From assembly GCA_021786105.1 (NCBI GenBank), contig JAJYNW010000016.1, positions 1 to 60,576 on the forward strand: DNA of 60,576 nt. The letters run 5' to 3'. The DNA is from a bacterium (GTDB taxonomy: Bacteria > Patescibacteriota > Microgenomatia > Daviesbacterales > UBA10151). Below are positions 28,710 to 37,836 of the stretch, piece after piece. Under the pieces are notes generated by a model. It saw only the letters and a list, made by a program, of their open reading frames with translations, ran no database searches and was not told the origin of the DNA. How positions within the stretch are numbered: the first letter of the stretch is position 1; each line of letters starts with the position of its first letter. A program made the position numbers and the translations under genes.

Positions 28710-30619
28710 AGCGCAAAATTGCTTTTATCAGTCATGAATCGCCGCTTGCCACTTTGGGCGGGGTGGATGCCGGCGGCCAGGTGATTTATATCGGCCAGAT
28801 TGCCAAGAAGTTGAGCCGGTTGGGTTATGAGGTAGATATTTTCACCCGCTGGGATGATGCCAGGCTGCCGCAAGTGGTGGAATGGGATAACGGCGTCAGG
28901 GTGATTCAAGTCAAGGCCGGGCCGATTACCTTTATAAATAAGGAAAAATTGTTTCCCCACATGAAAGAGTTTACTGATAACATGATTGATTTTATGAAAA
29001 CGGAAAAAGATCCTTACCGGCTGATCCATGCTAATTTTTGGCTGGCGGTAATCCCGGCCATGGAAATTAAACAAAGATTTAATATTCCATTTGTGGTGAC
29101 TTTCCATGCTTTGGGTAAAATCCGACGGATCTTTCAGGGGAAAGATGATAAATTCCCGGATAACCGTTTTGGAATTGAAGAGAAAGCTATGAGAGAGGCA
29201 GCCGCCATTATTGCCGAATGTCCCCAAGATCGGGAAGATATGATTAATTACTATAATGCTAACCCGGACAAAATTACTATCATCCCGGCTGGTTTTGACC
29301 CCAATGAATTTTATCCGATTGATAAACTGTTGTGCCGGATGGTTTTAGATTTAAACCCCAAAGAGCCAATCATCCTACAGCTAGGTAGGGTTATCAAAAG
29401 AAAGGGGATTGATAATGTGATTGCTGTCCTGCCAATTTTGCGGAGAAAGTTTAGAGTTAAAGCCAAGTTGCTGATTGTAGGGGGTGACAGTGATGTGCCT
29501 AACGCCAGACTTACTCCGGAAATCAGAAGATTGAGGCGAATTGCCAGACAGGAAAAGGTAGAAGATTGTGTTCGATTTGTTGGCCGGAGAGGCAGAGAAA
29601 CGCTGAAATATTTTTATAATGCCGCTGATGTGTTTACTACCACTCCCTGGTATGAACCCTTTGGCATTACGCCTTTGGAAGCGATGGCTTGTGGTACGCC
29701 GGTAGTGGGGTCAAATGTGGGCGGTATCAAATATACGGTTTTAGACGGAAAAACCGGTTATTTAGTTCCTCCAAATGACGCGGAAAGCTTGGCGCAAAAG
29801 TTGGCCGATATATTCAAAAACCGCAAAATTGCCAACTTTTTTAAAGAAAACGGCCTGAAAAGAGTCAATAATGCCTTTACCTGGGAAAAAATTGCCAGCT
29901 CTATTTCTCAAGTTTACGAAAAAGTGCTTTTTGGTGACATTCAAATCCCGGAAAAGGAAAAACAGCTTCATATTATTGAAAGCGGTTTTAGGGCTTTATC
30001 CCAAACTGTGGAACAATCGCAGTTTGCCTTGCGTATTCCGATGCTGGACGCTGCCCAAGCCATTGCCCGCAGTTTCCAGGAGGGTGGTAAAGTTTTGGTC
30101 TGCGGTAACGGCGGATCAGCGGCTGATTCTCAGCATCTGGCAGCGGAGCTAGTCGGCCGCTTCCAAATTTCCTTAAGGCAGGGACTGCCGGTGATTTCCC
30201 TGACTAGTGATACTTCGTTTTTGACTGCCTGGGGGAACGACTTTTCCTTTGATGAGATATTCTCAAGACAAGTGAATGCTTTGGGGCAGGCAAATGATAT
30301 TTTAATCGGCATCTCAACTAGCGGAAATTCCGAAAACGTTAACCTGGCTTTCATTGAAGCTCATAAGAAGGGAATGGTTTGTATAGGGTTGTTAGGGAAA
30401 AAGGGAGGCGAAGCAGCTGAGTTGTGTGATGTGGCCTTAATAGTTCCTTCTGATGATACCCAAAGAATTCAGGAAATCCATACTAATGTGATCCACACGA
30501 TTTGCGAGTTAATAGAAAAACAGTTATTTACCTCAGAAGACCGGCCGGAAACTGTTTTGCCAAAATCTCTGCCGGTTAAACCGAAATTACCTTACGTGTT
30601 GAAGGAGCAAATGAAATGA
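28706..30619 (+). CDS. GT4 (MshA-like) glycosyltransferase fused to GmhA-type SIS phosphoheptose isomerase
   Basis: DAGGQ, YEPFGITPLEAMACG; C-terminal CGNGGSAADSQH, ISTSGNS, QRIQEIH. Confidence 0.9.
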   Translation: MKRKIAFISHESPLATLGGVDAGGQVIYIGQIAKKLSRLGYEVDIFTRWDDARLPQVVEWDNGVRVIQVKAGPITFINKEKLFPHMKEFTDNMIDFMKTEKDPYRLIHANFWLAVIPAMEIKQRFNIPFVVTFHALGKIRRIFQGKDDKFPDNRFGIEEKAMREAAAIIAECPQDREDMINYYNANPDKITIIPAGFDPNEFYPIDKLLCRMVLDLNPKEPIILQLGRVIKRKGIDNVIAVLPILRRKFRVKAKLLIVGGDSDVPNARLTPEIRRLRRIARQEKVEDCVRFVGRRGRETLKYFYNAADVFTTTPWYEPFGITPLEAMACGTPVVGSNVGGIKYTVLDGKTGYLVPPNDAESLAQKLADIFKNRKIANFFKENGLKRVNNAFTWEKIASSISQVYEKVLFGDIQIPEKEKQLHIIESGFRALSQTVEQSQFALRIPMLDAAQAIARSFQEGGKVLVCGNGGSAADSQHLAAELVGRFQISLRQGLPVISLTSDTSFLTAWGNDFSFDEIFSRQVNALGQANDILIGISTSGNSENVNLAFIEAHKKGMVCIGLLGKKGGEAAELCDVALIVPSDDTQRIQEIHTNVIHTICELIEKQLFTSEDRPETVLPKSLPVKPKLPYVLKEQMK

Positions 30620-31338
30620 ATGCTTTCAAAGGCAAAATTGCTTTAGTAACCGGTGGGGGTCAAGGTTTAGGTCAAGAAATTTGCCGAAGTTTGGCTAAGG
30701 AGGGGGCTTTAGTGATTGTGGCTGATGTTAATAAACAGAAAGCGGAAAAAGCTGCCAAATGGATAAAATACCAAAGGGGAAAGGCTCAGGCGATAGAATT
30801 GGATGTAAGCGATGAGCTTTCTGTAAAAAAAGTTTTTGATGAGTTGGATAAACAGTTTGGGGTTTTAGATATTTTAATTAATAATGCCGGGATAGATTTT
30901 ACTAAATCTTTGGACGAAATTTTGACCGATGAGTGGCAGAAGGTGCTAAAAGTTAATCTGATTGGGGCGTTTTTAATGACTAAACATGCCTTCTCCGTTA
31001 TGGGTAAAAAAGAGCCTGGGCAAGTGATTAATATCTGTTCTACAGCTTCCAAAAGAGCCTGGGCTAATGCTTCAGCTTACCATGCTAGCAAATGGGGTTT
31101 GTTGGGTTTTTCCCACGCCGCACATGTAGAAGGCCGGGAGAAAAATATCAAAGTTACAGCTTTGGTTTCCGGCGGGATGAAAACACCCTTTATTTTAGAA
31201 AGATTTCCGGAGGCAGAGCCTAATTTGCAGGATCCAAAAAATGTGGCAGAGGTAATTAAGTTTGTTTTATCTTTACCTAAAGAAACAGCTATTCCTGAGG
31301 TGATGGTGATTCCAATGAGGGAAACAAGCTGGCCTTAA
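30616..31338 (+). CDS. Short-chain dehydrogenase/reductase
   Basis: TGGGQGLG, NNAG, YHASK. Confidence 0.93.
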   Translation: MNAFKGKIALVTGGGQGLGQEICRSLAKEGALVIVADVNKQKAEKAAKWIKYQRGKAQAIELDVSDELSVKKVFDELDKQFGVLDILINNAGIDFTKSLDEILTDEWQKVLKVNLIGAFLMTKHAFSVMGKKEPGQVINICSTASKRAWANASAYHASKWGLLGFSHAAHVEGREKNIKVTALVSGGMKTPFILERFPEAEPNLQDPKNVAEVIKFVLSLPKETAIPEVMVIPMRETSWP

Positions 31339-31349
31339 ATACTTACTTG

Positions 31350-31432
31350 TGCCGAGGGAGGGAGTCGAACCCTCATGATCTTGCGATCAATAGATTTTGA
31401 GTCTATCGTGTCTACCATTCCACCACCTCGGC
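31350..31432 (-). tRNA. tRNA-Leu(CAA)
   Basis: Acceptor stem GCCGAGG/CCTCGGC, anticodon arm ATAGA-CTCAAAA-TCTAT, long variable arm, GGTTCGACT; CCA not encoded. Confidence 0.96.
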
Positions 31433-31509
31433 AATTTAACTACTTGAGGCATTATACCAATTTTAGCTTTACGAAGAAAGAATAAAGAGATGCTTTATTT
31501 TATGTCTGT

Positions 31510-31534
31510 ACAAATGTCCTCCGGCCGTGGTACA
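31510..31534. repeat. 25-bp direct repeat, left copy (inverted arms acaaatgt/acatttgt span 31510-31539)
   Basis: acaaatgtcctccggccgtggtaca, identical to 32041-32065. Confidence 0.93.
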
Positions 31535-31544
31535 TTTGTGATAA

Positions 31545-32039
31545 ATGACTAGGTTTCCTAGCAAGCGAAAGGCTTTAACTGATTTAGTTTTACTCGCTTT
31601 GGAGAAATCAGTTGATGGTTATGTGAGTTTTGAAGATTTTATCTATAATCCTTTGCTGGAAAGACCGGTTAAGAAACCAGCTCTTTCCCAAGTAATTAAA
31701 CGATTAAGAGAAAAAGGTTTTATTGAATTTGTAAAGGATGAAGAATTGATTTTACGATTAACAGATTCCGGTAAAGATAGAGCATTGTGGGCAAAAATGA
31801 GAAGTGGAGATGAGAAATGGGATGGTAAATGGAGGTTGGTGGTTTGGGATATTCCAGAGAAAAGAAGACAGGCTCGCGATTTGTTAAGGTTTAAATTGAA
31901 ACAGCTAGGATTTAAACAATGGCAGCAAAGTATTTGGGCTTCAAAGATAAACTGCACAAAGCTATTAAGAGATTTTATTAAGCAAGTCGGGATAGAGGAT
32001 TGGGTGATGGTAATTGAATCTGATAATATTGGGAATTGA
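31545..32039 (+). CDS. wHTH plus Cas2-like (PaaX central domain) protein
   Basis: ALSQVIKRLREKGFI...LRLTDSGK then WDGKWRLVVWDIPEKRR...LKQLGF...QQSIW. Confidence 0.88.
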   Translation: MTRFPSKRKALTDLVLLALEKSVDGYVSFEDFIYNPLLERPVKKPALSQVIKRLREKGFIEFVKDEELILRLTDSGKDRALWAKMRSGDEKWDGKWRLVVWDIPEKRRQARDLLRFKLKQLGFKQWQQSIWASKINCTKLLRDFIKQVGIEDWVMVIESDNIGN

Positions 32040-32040
32040 G

Positions 32041-32065
32041 ACAAATGTCCTCCGGCCGTGGTACA
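32041..32065. repeat. 25-bp direct repeat, right copy
   Basis: Separated from the stop codon by 1 nt; identical to 31510-31534. Confidence 0.93.
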
Positions 32066-32157
32066 AATGAAATATAAAGGATTTAGATCGGGTAAGACTG
32101 GACAAGAGATTGTGATTTAGGTAAAGTACCAAACAGAATTAAGGAAAGGGGTAAACT

Positions 32158-34746
32158 ATGAAAAACAAAGTTAGATTACCGGTACATGTTAAACCCCAGC
32201 GCTACAAAATTATGCTCCGGCCGGACCTTGAGCAGTTTACCTTTTACGGCGAAGAAACAATCGAATTGTTGCTGGATAAACCCGCTAAGCAAATCACTCT
32301 CCACTCAGCTGAGCTGGAAATAGATTCAGCAGAATTCATCCATCAAGATAAACAGGTCTGGGCAGGTAGGATCTCCTATGATGTTAAAGCTGAAACCGCC
32401 ACCTTTACTTTTCCCAAAACTCTTCTCAAAGGCAGAGGGCAGCTAAAACTAATGTTTAGGGGAATTTTAAATGATAAAATGCGGGGTTTTTACCGTTCAC
32501 GCTATGAAGTGGGCGGAGTTTCAAAACATATCGCGACCACCCAATTTGAATCGACTGATGCCAGGCGGGCTTTTCCTTCTTTTGATGAGCCTTCACAAAA
32601 AGCTATTTTTGATGTGACTTTAATGGTGCCGGCTAATTTAACCGCTATTTCAAACACTATGGAATCTAATGTGTTGGAGCATGAAAGCGGTTACAAAACT
32701 GTTGAATTTGCCCCTACCCCAAAAATGTCTACCTATTTGCTGGCCTTTATTGTGGGAGATTTTGAATATATTGAAAAAGAGACTGAAGATAAAGTCAGGG
32801 TCAGAGTTTTTACCACTCCTGGTAAAAAAGCCCAAGCCAAGTTTGCGTTAGATGTGGCAGCCAAATGCTTGGAATTTTACAATGATTATTTTGGAATTAA
32901 ATACCCGCTGCCCGTACTTGACATGATTGCTATCCCGGATTTTGCAGCCGGAGCCATGGAGAATTGGGGAGCGGTAACTTACCGGGAATCCACTTTGTTG
33001 ATTGACGAAGCCAGTTCCTCTTCAGCCAATAAACAATGGGTGGCCATGGTGATTGCCCACGAACTGGCCCACCAGTGGTTTGGTGATTTGGTTACTATGG
33101 AGTGGTGGACTCATTTGTGGTTAAACGAAGGCTTTGCTTCGTTCATTGAATATTTAGCTGTAGATCATATCTTTCCGGAGTGGGATATCTGGACTCAATT
33201 TGTAGCTACCGAGTTGTCTGATGCTTTTGAGCTGGATTCGTTAAAAAATACGCACCCGATTGAGGTGGAAGTAAAAAATCCGGCTGAAATTTCCGAGATT
33301 TTTGACCGGGTGTCATATTCCAAGGGAGCTTCGGTTTTAAGAATGTTGTGGAAGTATTTAGGGGAGAAGGATTTCCAAAAAGGTTTGCAGTATTATTTGA
33401 AAAAACATGCCTACGGTAATGCCCAAACTGAAGATTTATGGCAAGATTTGGAAGAAAAATCCGGTAAACCCGTCAAAAAGGTAATGAAAAACTGGACCTT
33501 GCGGGCGGGACACCCGGCGGTAAGGGTACAGGTAACAGGCAACAGGCTACTGTTAAAACAGAGTAGATTCTTTTCTAGTCCAATCTCTAAGAATCAAACT
33601 AAGGATAATACAATTTGGAATATTCCGGTGAGAATAGGAAAGGAGCAGTTTTTGCTGGATAAAAAATCTATGTCCATTCCCAACCAGGGAGAAAAGTTAA
33701 ATAGCGGGGAAGTATCTTTGGTCCGGGTGGATTACCCCCGAGATTATTTGTATGGATTGGAAGATTCAATAAAAAGCGGTAAATTATCTGCTCCGGACAG
33801 GTTGGGACTAATTAGGGATAGCTTTGATTTGGCTCAATCAGGTAATTCCCCGACCACTTTAGCTTTGGAGCTGGCTTTAAATTATATAAACGAGGAAGAC
33901 TACACAGTTTGGTCAACACTCACCGGGCACCTTAGTCAGTTGGACAGCTTATTGGCGTATGAGGATTTCTACGAAGATTTTAGAAGCTTTGGCAGAAAAA
34001 TTTACAGCGGAATTGCCGAAAAATTAGGTTGGGAAAAGAAAAAAGGGGAAAAGCACACCGACGGATTGCTTCGGGGCATAGTGTTATATAAATTAGGCTC
34101 TTTTGGAGAGTTGGAAACAATCAAAAAAGCCCAGGAATTATTTTCCTCCTCCCGTCATTCTGAGCGATTAGCGAAGAATCTTCCACGATCGGAGAAGATT
34201 GCTTCGTCCTACAGTCCTCGCAACGACAAGGGTATTGATCCGGATCTTCGCAGCCTGGTTTATAACCTGGTGGCTCAAAATGGCAGCACCAAAGAATTTA
34301 ATACTTTAGTTAAGATGTACAAAGAGGCAGATAACCAGCAGGAAAAAGACCGGATTGGCCGCAGTTTAGGTTTATTCCCGTCTAAAACTATTTTGCAAAA
34401 GGCTTTGGATTTTGCCATTTCCAAACATGTCAGATACCAAAATAGTTTGCAGATAATTGCTTCGGTCTGGAGTAATCCTCAGGGGCGGTATTTGGCCTGG
34501 GAATTCGCTAAAAAGAACTGGAAACTACTCAAAGAAAGGTATGCCGGCGGACATTATTTTACCCGGGTTTTCGCCCCGGCAGGCGAGTTTACCAAAAAAG
34601 AAGATGCCAAAGATATTGAAAGGTTTGTGAAGATTAACCCGGTGCCTGAGGCCAAAAGAACCATTGCTCAAGCCTTGGAGCAAATTTATTCCAATGCGGA
34701 GTGGTTAAAAAGGGATAAGGATAAGATTAAAAATTTTTTAGGGTAA
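32158..34746 (+). CDS. pepN: M1 family aminopeptidase with ERAP1-like C-terminal domain
   Basis: GAMENWG, HELAHQW...E (HEXXH-18-E), YSKG. Confidence 0.96.
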   Translation: MKNKVRLPVHVKPQRYKIMLRPDLEQFTFYGEETIELLLDKPAKQITLHSAELEIDSAEFIHQDKQVWAGRISYDVKAETATFTFPKTLLKGRGQLKLMFRGILNDKMRGFYRSRYEVGGVSKHIATTQFESTDARRAFPSFDEPSQKAIFDVTLMVPANLTAISNTMESNVLEHESGYKTVEFAPTPKMSTYLLAFIVGDFEYIEKETEDKVRVRVFTTPGKKAQAKFALDVAAKCLEFYNDYFGIKYPLPVLDMIAIPDFAAGAMENWGAVTYRESTLLIDEASSSSANKQWVAMVIAHELAHQWFGDLVTMEWWTHLWLNEGFASFIEYLAVDHIFPEWDIWTQFVATELSDAFELDSLKNTHPIEVEVKNPAEISEIFDRVSYSKGASVLRMLWKYLGEKDFQKGLQYYLKKHAYGNAQTEDLWQDLEEKSGKPVKKVMKNWTLRAGHPAVRVQVTGNRLLLKQSRFFSSPISKNQTKDNTIWNIPVRIGKEQFLLDKKSMSIPNQGEKLNSGEVSLVRVDYPRDYLYGLEDSIKSGKLSAPDRLGLIRDSFDLAQSGNSPTTLALELALNYINEEDYTVWSTLTGHLSQLDSLLAYEDFYEDFRSFGRKIYSGIAEKLGWEKKKGEKHTDGLLRGIVLYKLGSFGELETIKKAQELFSSSRHSERLAKNLPRSEKIASSYSPRNDKGIDPDLRSLVYNLVAQNGSTKEFNTLVKMYKEADNQQEKDRIGRSLGLFPSKTILQKALDFAISKHVRYQNSLQIIASVWSNPQGRYLAWEFAKKNWKLLKERYAGGHYFTRVFAPAGEFTKKEDAKDIERFVKINPVPEAKRTIAQALEQIYSNAEWLKRDKDKIKNFLG
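34154..34227. repeat. Full GTCAT-family dimeric repeat in frame in pepN
   Basis: gtcattctgagcgattagcgaagaatct...agattgcttcgtcctacagtcctcgcaacgac; encodes RHSERLAKNLPRSEKIASSYSPRND. Confidence 0.9.
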
Positions 34747-34749
34747 AAA

Positions 34750-35211
34750 TTAGCTTTGGGGCTTGTTTTCGTCCTGGTTTTCAATAGGCTCCTGGAATTC
34801 AACGGAGGAGATTTGAATCTTGCGCAACGCGGCCCCCATGGTTTGAAGCCTTCTTCTATCCCTAAAGGTATCCTTACCCAGATAATAAGTTCCGATGGCA
34901 GCTAAAATTCCCACCCCCAATTGTGTTTCTGAATATAGGCTAAGTTGAGCTAAGATTGGATAATTGTTTAAAGGAATTAAATCAGCAGAGATTAAAGGAA
35001 AAATTGATTTGGAAAGCTCGGTTGCGGCATCTGCGGCAAGAATTAAAGAAATGCCTATTTTAAACCTATTCTTCCACTTAGCCCAGTCCACCATAGCACC
35101 TAAATCTCCCGTATGTAAAAAACGCTCCTTTGTTTCTTCTGTAGTAGTAACATCGATTGCTCCGGCAAAGTTTGGTACGGGGCCGATGCGAACCTCTAAA
35201 GTTTTCCGCAT
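34750..35211 (-). CDS. Hypothetical two-TM protein
   Basis: 153-aa ORF with two hydrophobic segments. Confidence 0.55.
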   Translation of the reverse strand: MRKTLEVRIGPVPNFAGAIDVTTTEETKERFLHTGDLGAMVDWAKWKNRFKIGISLILAADAATELSKSIFPLISADLIPLNNYPILAQLSLYSETQLGVGILAAIGTYYLGKDTFRDRRRLQTMGAALRKIQISSVEFQEPIENQDENKPQS

Positions 35212-35305
35212 TCCAACTAAGATATTAGAAGAGATATATAATAAATCTTTAACAAATAAGTAAATATTTGGAAATAATTTCCTGTTTTATGGTAAAATCC
35301 CCTAC

Positions 35306-35869
35306 ATGGCTTTAAATGTTACAGATTTAAGAAACGGTACTTTTTATAAAGAGGGGAAGGATATTTTTCTTGTTTTAACTTATGAGCACGTTAAGACGGG
35401 TAGAGGTTCCGGCAATATCAAAGTTAAAGTCCGCAACATCAGGACTGGTTCGGTGGTGGAAAAATCCTTTATTACCGGGGCTCGGGTGGATGAGGCTGAT
35501 GTGGAGAAGAAAAAAGCCCAATTTCTTTATAAAGACGGGGAAACTTTTAATTTCATGGATCCGGCTTCCTTTGAGCAATTTTCCTTGTCGGCCCCAGTTT
35601 TAGGGGATCAAGCTAAGTATCTAAAAGATGGCCTGGAAGTGATCCTGATTGTGGGGGAAGGTGAGGCTTTAGGATTGGAATTACCCATGAGCTTGGTGTA
35701 TGAAATTACCGAAACCGGTCCGGAAGAAAAAGGTAATACGGTTTCCAATGTTTTTAAAGAAGCAGTTTTAGATAATGGTTTAGTGGTCAGGGTGCCGATG
35801 TTTATGAAAGTAGGAGAAAAAGTGAAAGTTGATACTCGTTCTGGAGAATACATTGAGAGAGTGAAATGA
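35306..35869 (+). CDS. efp: Elongation factor P
   Basis: HVKTGRGSG, AQFLYKD, VPMFMKVGEKVKVDTRSGEY. Confidence 0.97.
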   Translation: MALNVTDLRNGTFYKEGKDIFLVLTYEHVKTGRGSGNIKVKVRNIRTGSVVEKSFITGARVDEADVEKKKAQFLYKDGETFNFMDPASFEQFSLSAPVLGDQAKYLKDGLEVILIVGEGEALGLELPMSLVYEITETGPEEKGNTVSNVFKEAVLDNGLVVRVPMFMKVGEKVKVDTRSGEYIERVK

Positions 35870-36012
35870 GCGGCTTGTCACAGTACAAAAAACCGCTCGC
35901 GCGACCAGGTCGCTCGCTTGAAGTTCGTTTCGCGCCGAGTAAAAGGTGGATCATGGATAAAGTGGTGCGCTCAACTGCACTACATTTTTTGGTTACTTGT
36001 GACTACGCCGCT
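35869..36012. repeat. Structured dispersed element, copy 2 (candidate ncRNA or MITE)
   Basis: See 20772-20920; ends agcggc..gtcaca pair with tgtgac..gccgct. Confidence 0.85.
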
Positions 36013-36035
36013 TTTTAGTGGTATATTTTACTAAT

Positions 36036-36929
36036 ATGACAAAAAAGATAACTAAAGCTCTAATCCCTGCTGCCGGATTTGGTACCAGATTTCTTCCTCA
36101 AACTAAAGCCATGCCCAAAGAGATGTTGCCAATTGTGGACAAGCCGGTTATTCAATACGTGGTAGAGGAAATTGTGGCTTCCGGTATAGAAGACATTGTG
36201 ATTGTGACTGGTGCCACCAAGCGGGCCATTGAAGATCACTTTGATGCTCCGAATGAGGATTTAGTTCAAAATTTAATTAACGGTAATAAAGAAAAAGTTT
36301 TAGAGCAGTTAAAGCATATTTCCGAGATGGCCAATTTCATCTACATTAGGCAAAAAGGTCCGTACGGCAATGGTACGCCTGTTTTGGAAGGTGAATCAGT
36401 GATTGGTGATGAGCCGTTTGCGGTTGTGTGGGGGGATGAATTTATTTATGCCGAGCCTCCCAGGTTAAAGCAAATGACAGACGTCCATGAGAAATATGGA
36501 GGAATGGTTATTTCCGGGGTCAAAATTGACAAAAAAGAGGATTTAAAAAGGTATGGTATAGCAGATTTGGAGCCGGTAGAAGGAAATGTCTACAAAATTA
36601 AAAAAATTGTAGAAAAGCCGGATCCTGATCAAGCCCCATCCAATATTGCTACTCATGGTGCCTATATCCTGCCGCCGGAGATTTTCGGAGCCTTAAAAAG
36701 GCTTTCCCCCGGTCAAAAAGGGGAAATTTGGCTAACTGATGCCATTAATCTGCTGCGGGATGAAGGCGTGTCTTTGTATGCAGTGGTGGTGGAAAATGGC
36801 AAATATTATGATACCGGCAATAAATTGGAATATATGAAAACCGCAGTGGATTTGGCTACAAAACATGCCGAAATAGGTGAACAGTTTAATGAATATCTTA
36901 AAGAGTTAGTGAATGGTACGAAGAACTAA
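36036..36929 (+). CDS. galU: UTP--glucose-1-phosphate uridylyltransferase
   Basis: PAAGFGTRFLPQTKAMPKEMLPIVDKP, VEKP, YDTGNK; ATG at 36036 preferred over GTG at 36018. Confidence 0.96.
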   Translation: MTKKITKALIPAAGFGTRFLPQTKAMPKEMLPIVDKPVIQYVVEEIVASGIEDIVIVTGATKRAIEDHFDAPNEDLVQNLINGNKEKVLEQLKHISEMANFIYIRQKGPYGNGTPVLEGESVIGDEPFAVVWGDEFIYAEPPRLKQMTDVHEKYGGMVISGVKIDKKEDLKRYGIADLEPVEGNVYKIKKIVEKPDPDQAPSNIATHGAYILPPEIFGALKRLSPGQKGEIWLTDAINLLRDEGVSLYAVVVENGKYYDTGNKLEYMKTAVDLATKHAEIGEQFNEYLKELVNGTKN

Positions 36930-37349
36930 AACCAGGCCGGTGACTGTGGCGGCCTGCGTTAGAATTCCCCAAGGCATTTTGGCTTTTCCGTTGGTTTGAT
37001 GGCCAAACTCATAAAAGGCGGAAAAGGGAAAGAATTTCCAGTTAAACAGTAGATACGGCATTTGTAAAATATCCCAGGATTCGGACATGAATATACAGAC
37101 CAGCAGATAAGTTCGGTCAGTCATGTTGCCGAATAGCAGGAAAGTGATGATTACTCCAAAAGCCAAATCTGCAAAAGATTCAAAAAAAAGCAAAGCCTTG
37201 CTTTTCTTTTTCCAACCCAAGCCAAAATCCCAATGAGGGATCATATCGGCAAGCGGGTGGGAAATGGCGGAAAGGGTAATACCTAATTTGGGATCCGGAA
37301 CCGCGGCGGCAATGGCTCCTCCGATTAAAGCGTGCGCTGTTGCTGTCAT
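36906..37349 (-). CDS. Small membrane protein, possible metal-dependent hydrolase
   Basis: TAHALIG and SHPLADMIPHWD motifs, 3-4 TMs. Confidence 0.6.
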   Translation of the reverse strand: MTATAHALIGGAIAAAVPDPKLGITLSAISHPLADMIPHWDFGLGWKKKSKALLFFESFADLAFGVIITFLLFGNMTDRTYLLVCIFMSESWDILQMPYLLFNWKFFPFSAFYEFGHQTNGKAKMPWGILTQAATVTGLVLVLRTIH

Positions 37350-37375
37350 GTGTTTTTTTAGTATACCGCACCTTG

Positions 37376-37834
37376 TCAATTTGATTCAAATTGGAGTTTT
37401 TGTAAAAGTTTTAAGCATTCAGTCAAAGATGTAACTATATAACTTGGTTCTTGAGTCTTATCCTCTGGTTCTTCCTTAGCAAATTTACCTTGTTTCGCCC
37501 AAATGGTAGTTGCACCCAGCTTTTTACCAATTTTCAGTTCAGACCTGACTCGATCTCCAATTAAAAGAGTCTTTTTAGGATTATCTTTTGAAAGATGAGG
37601 TATAAAAGATTGCGGGTCCTTCTCTCCTTCAGCAAATACAATGTGCCTGAAATACTTACCTACCCCCAAACGTTCCACCTCCAGTTGCATATCTTCTCCT
37701 CCTTTACCAATTAAAATCATGGGGATATTTTTACTTTTGATGAAATCCAGAAGCTCGGTTATCCCATCAATCACAACCCTCCGATCCGGATCATACAAAG
37801 TTCTTTTCCAGTCAAAAATTACTGTGTCAAACAT
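37376..37834 (-). CDS. HAD-superfamily hydrolase, degenerate motif I
   Basis: VIFDWKRTLYD, LLIGDRVRSELKIGKKLG. Confidence 0.8.
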   Translation of the reverse strand: MFDTVIFDWKRTLYDPDRRVVIDGITELLDFIKSKNIPMILIGKGGEDMQLEVERLGVGKYFRHIVFAEGEKDPQSFIPHLSKDNPKKTLLIGDRVRSELKIGKKLGATTIWAKQGKFAKEEPEDKTQEPSYIVTSLTECLKLLQKLQFESN

Positions 37835-37836
37835 AA

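Noticed and set aside
31545-32039. CRISPR-Cas locus suggested by the Cas2-like domain
   Set aside because: No cas1, no effector and no repeat-spacer array; only two repeats enclosing the ORF, and the domain is fused to a wHTH as in PaaX-type proteins.
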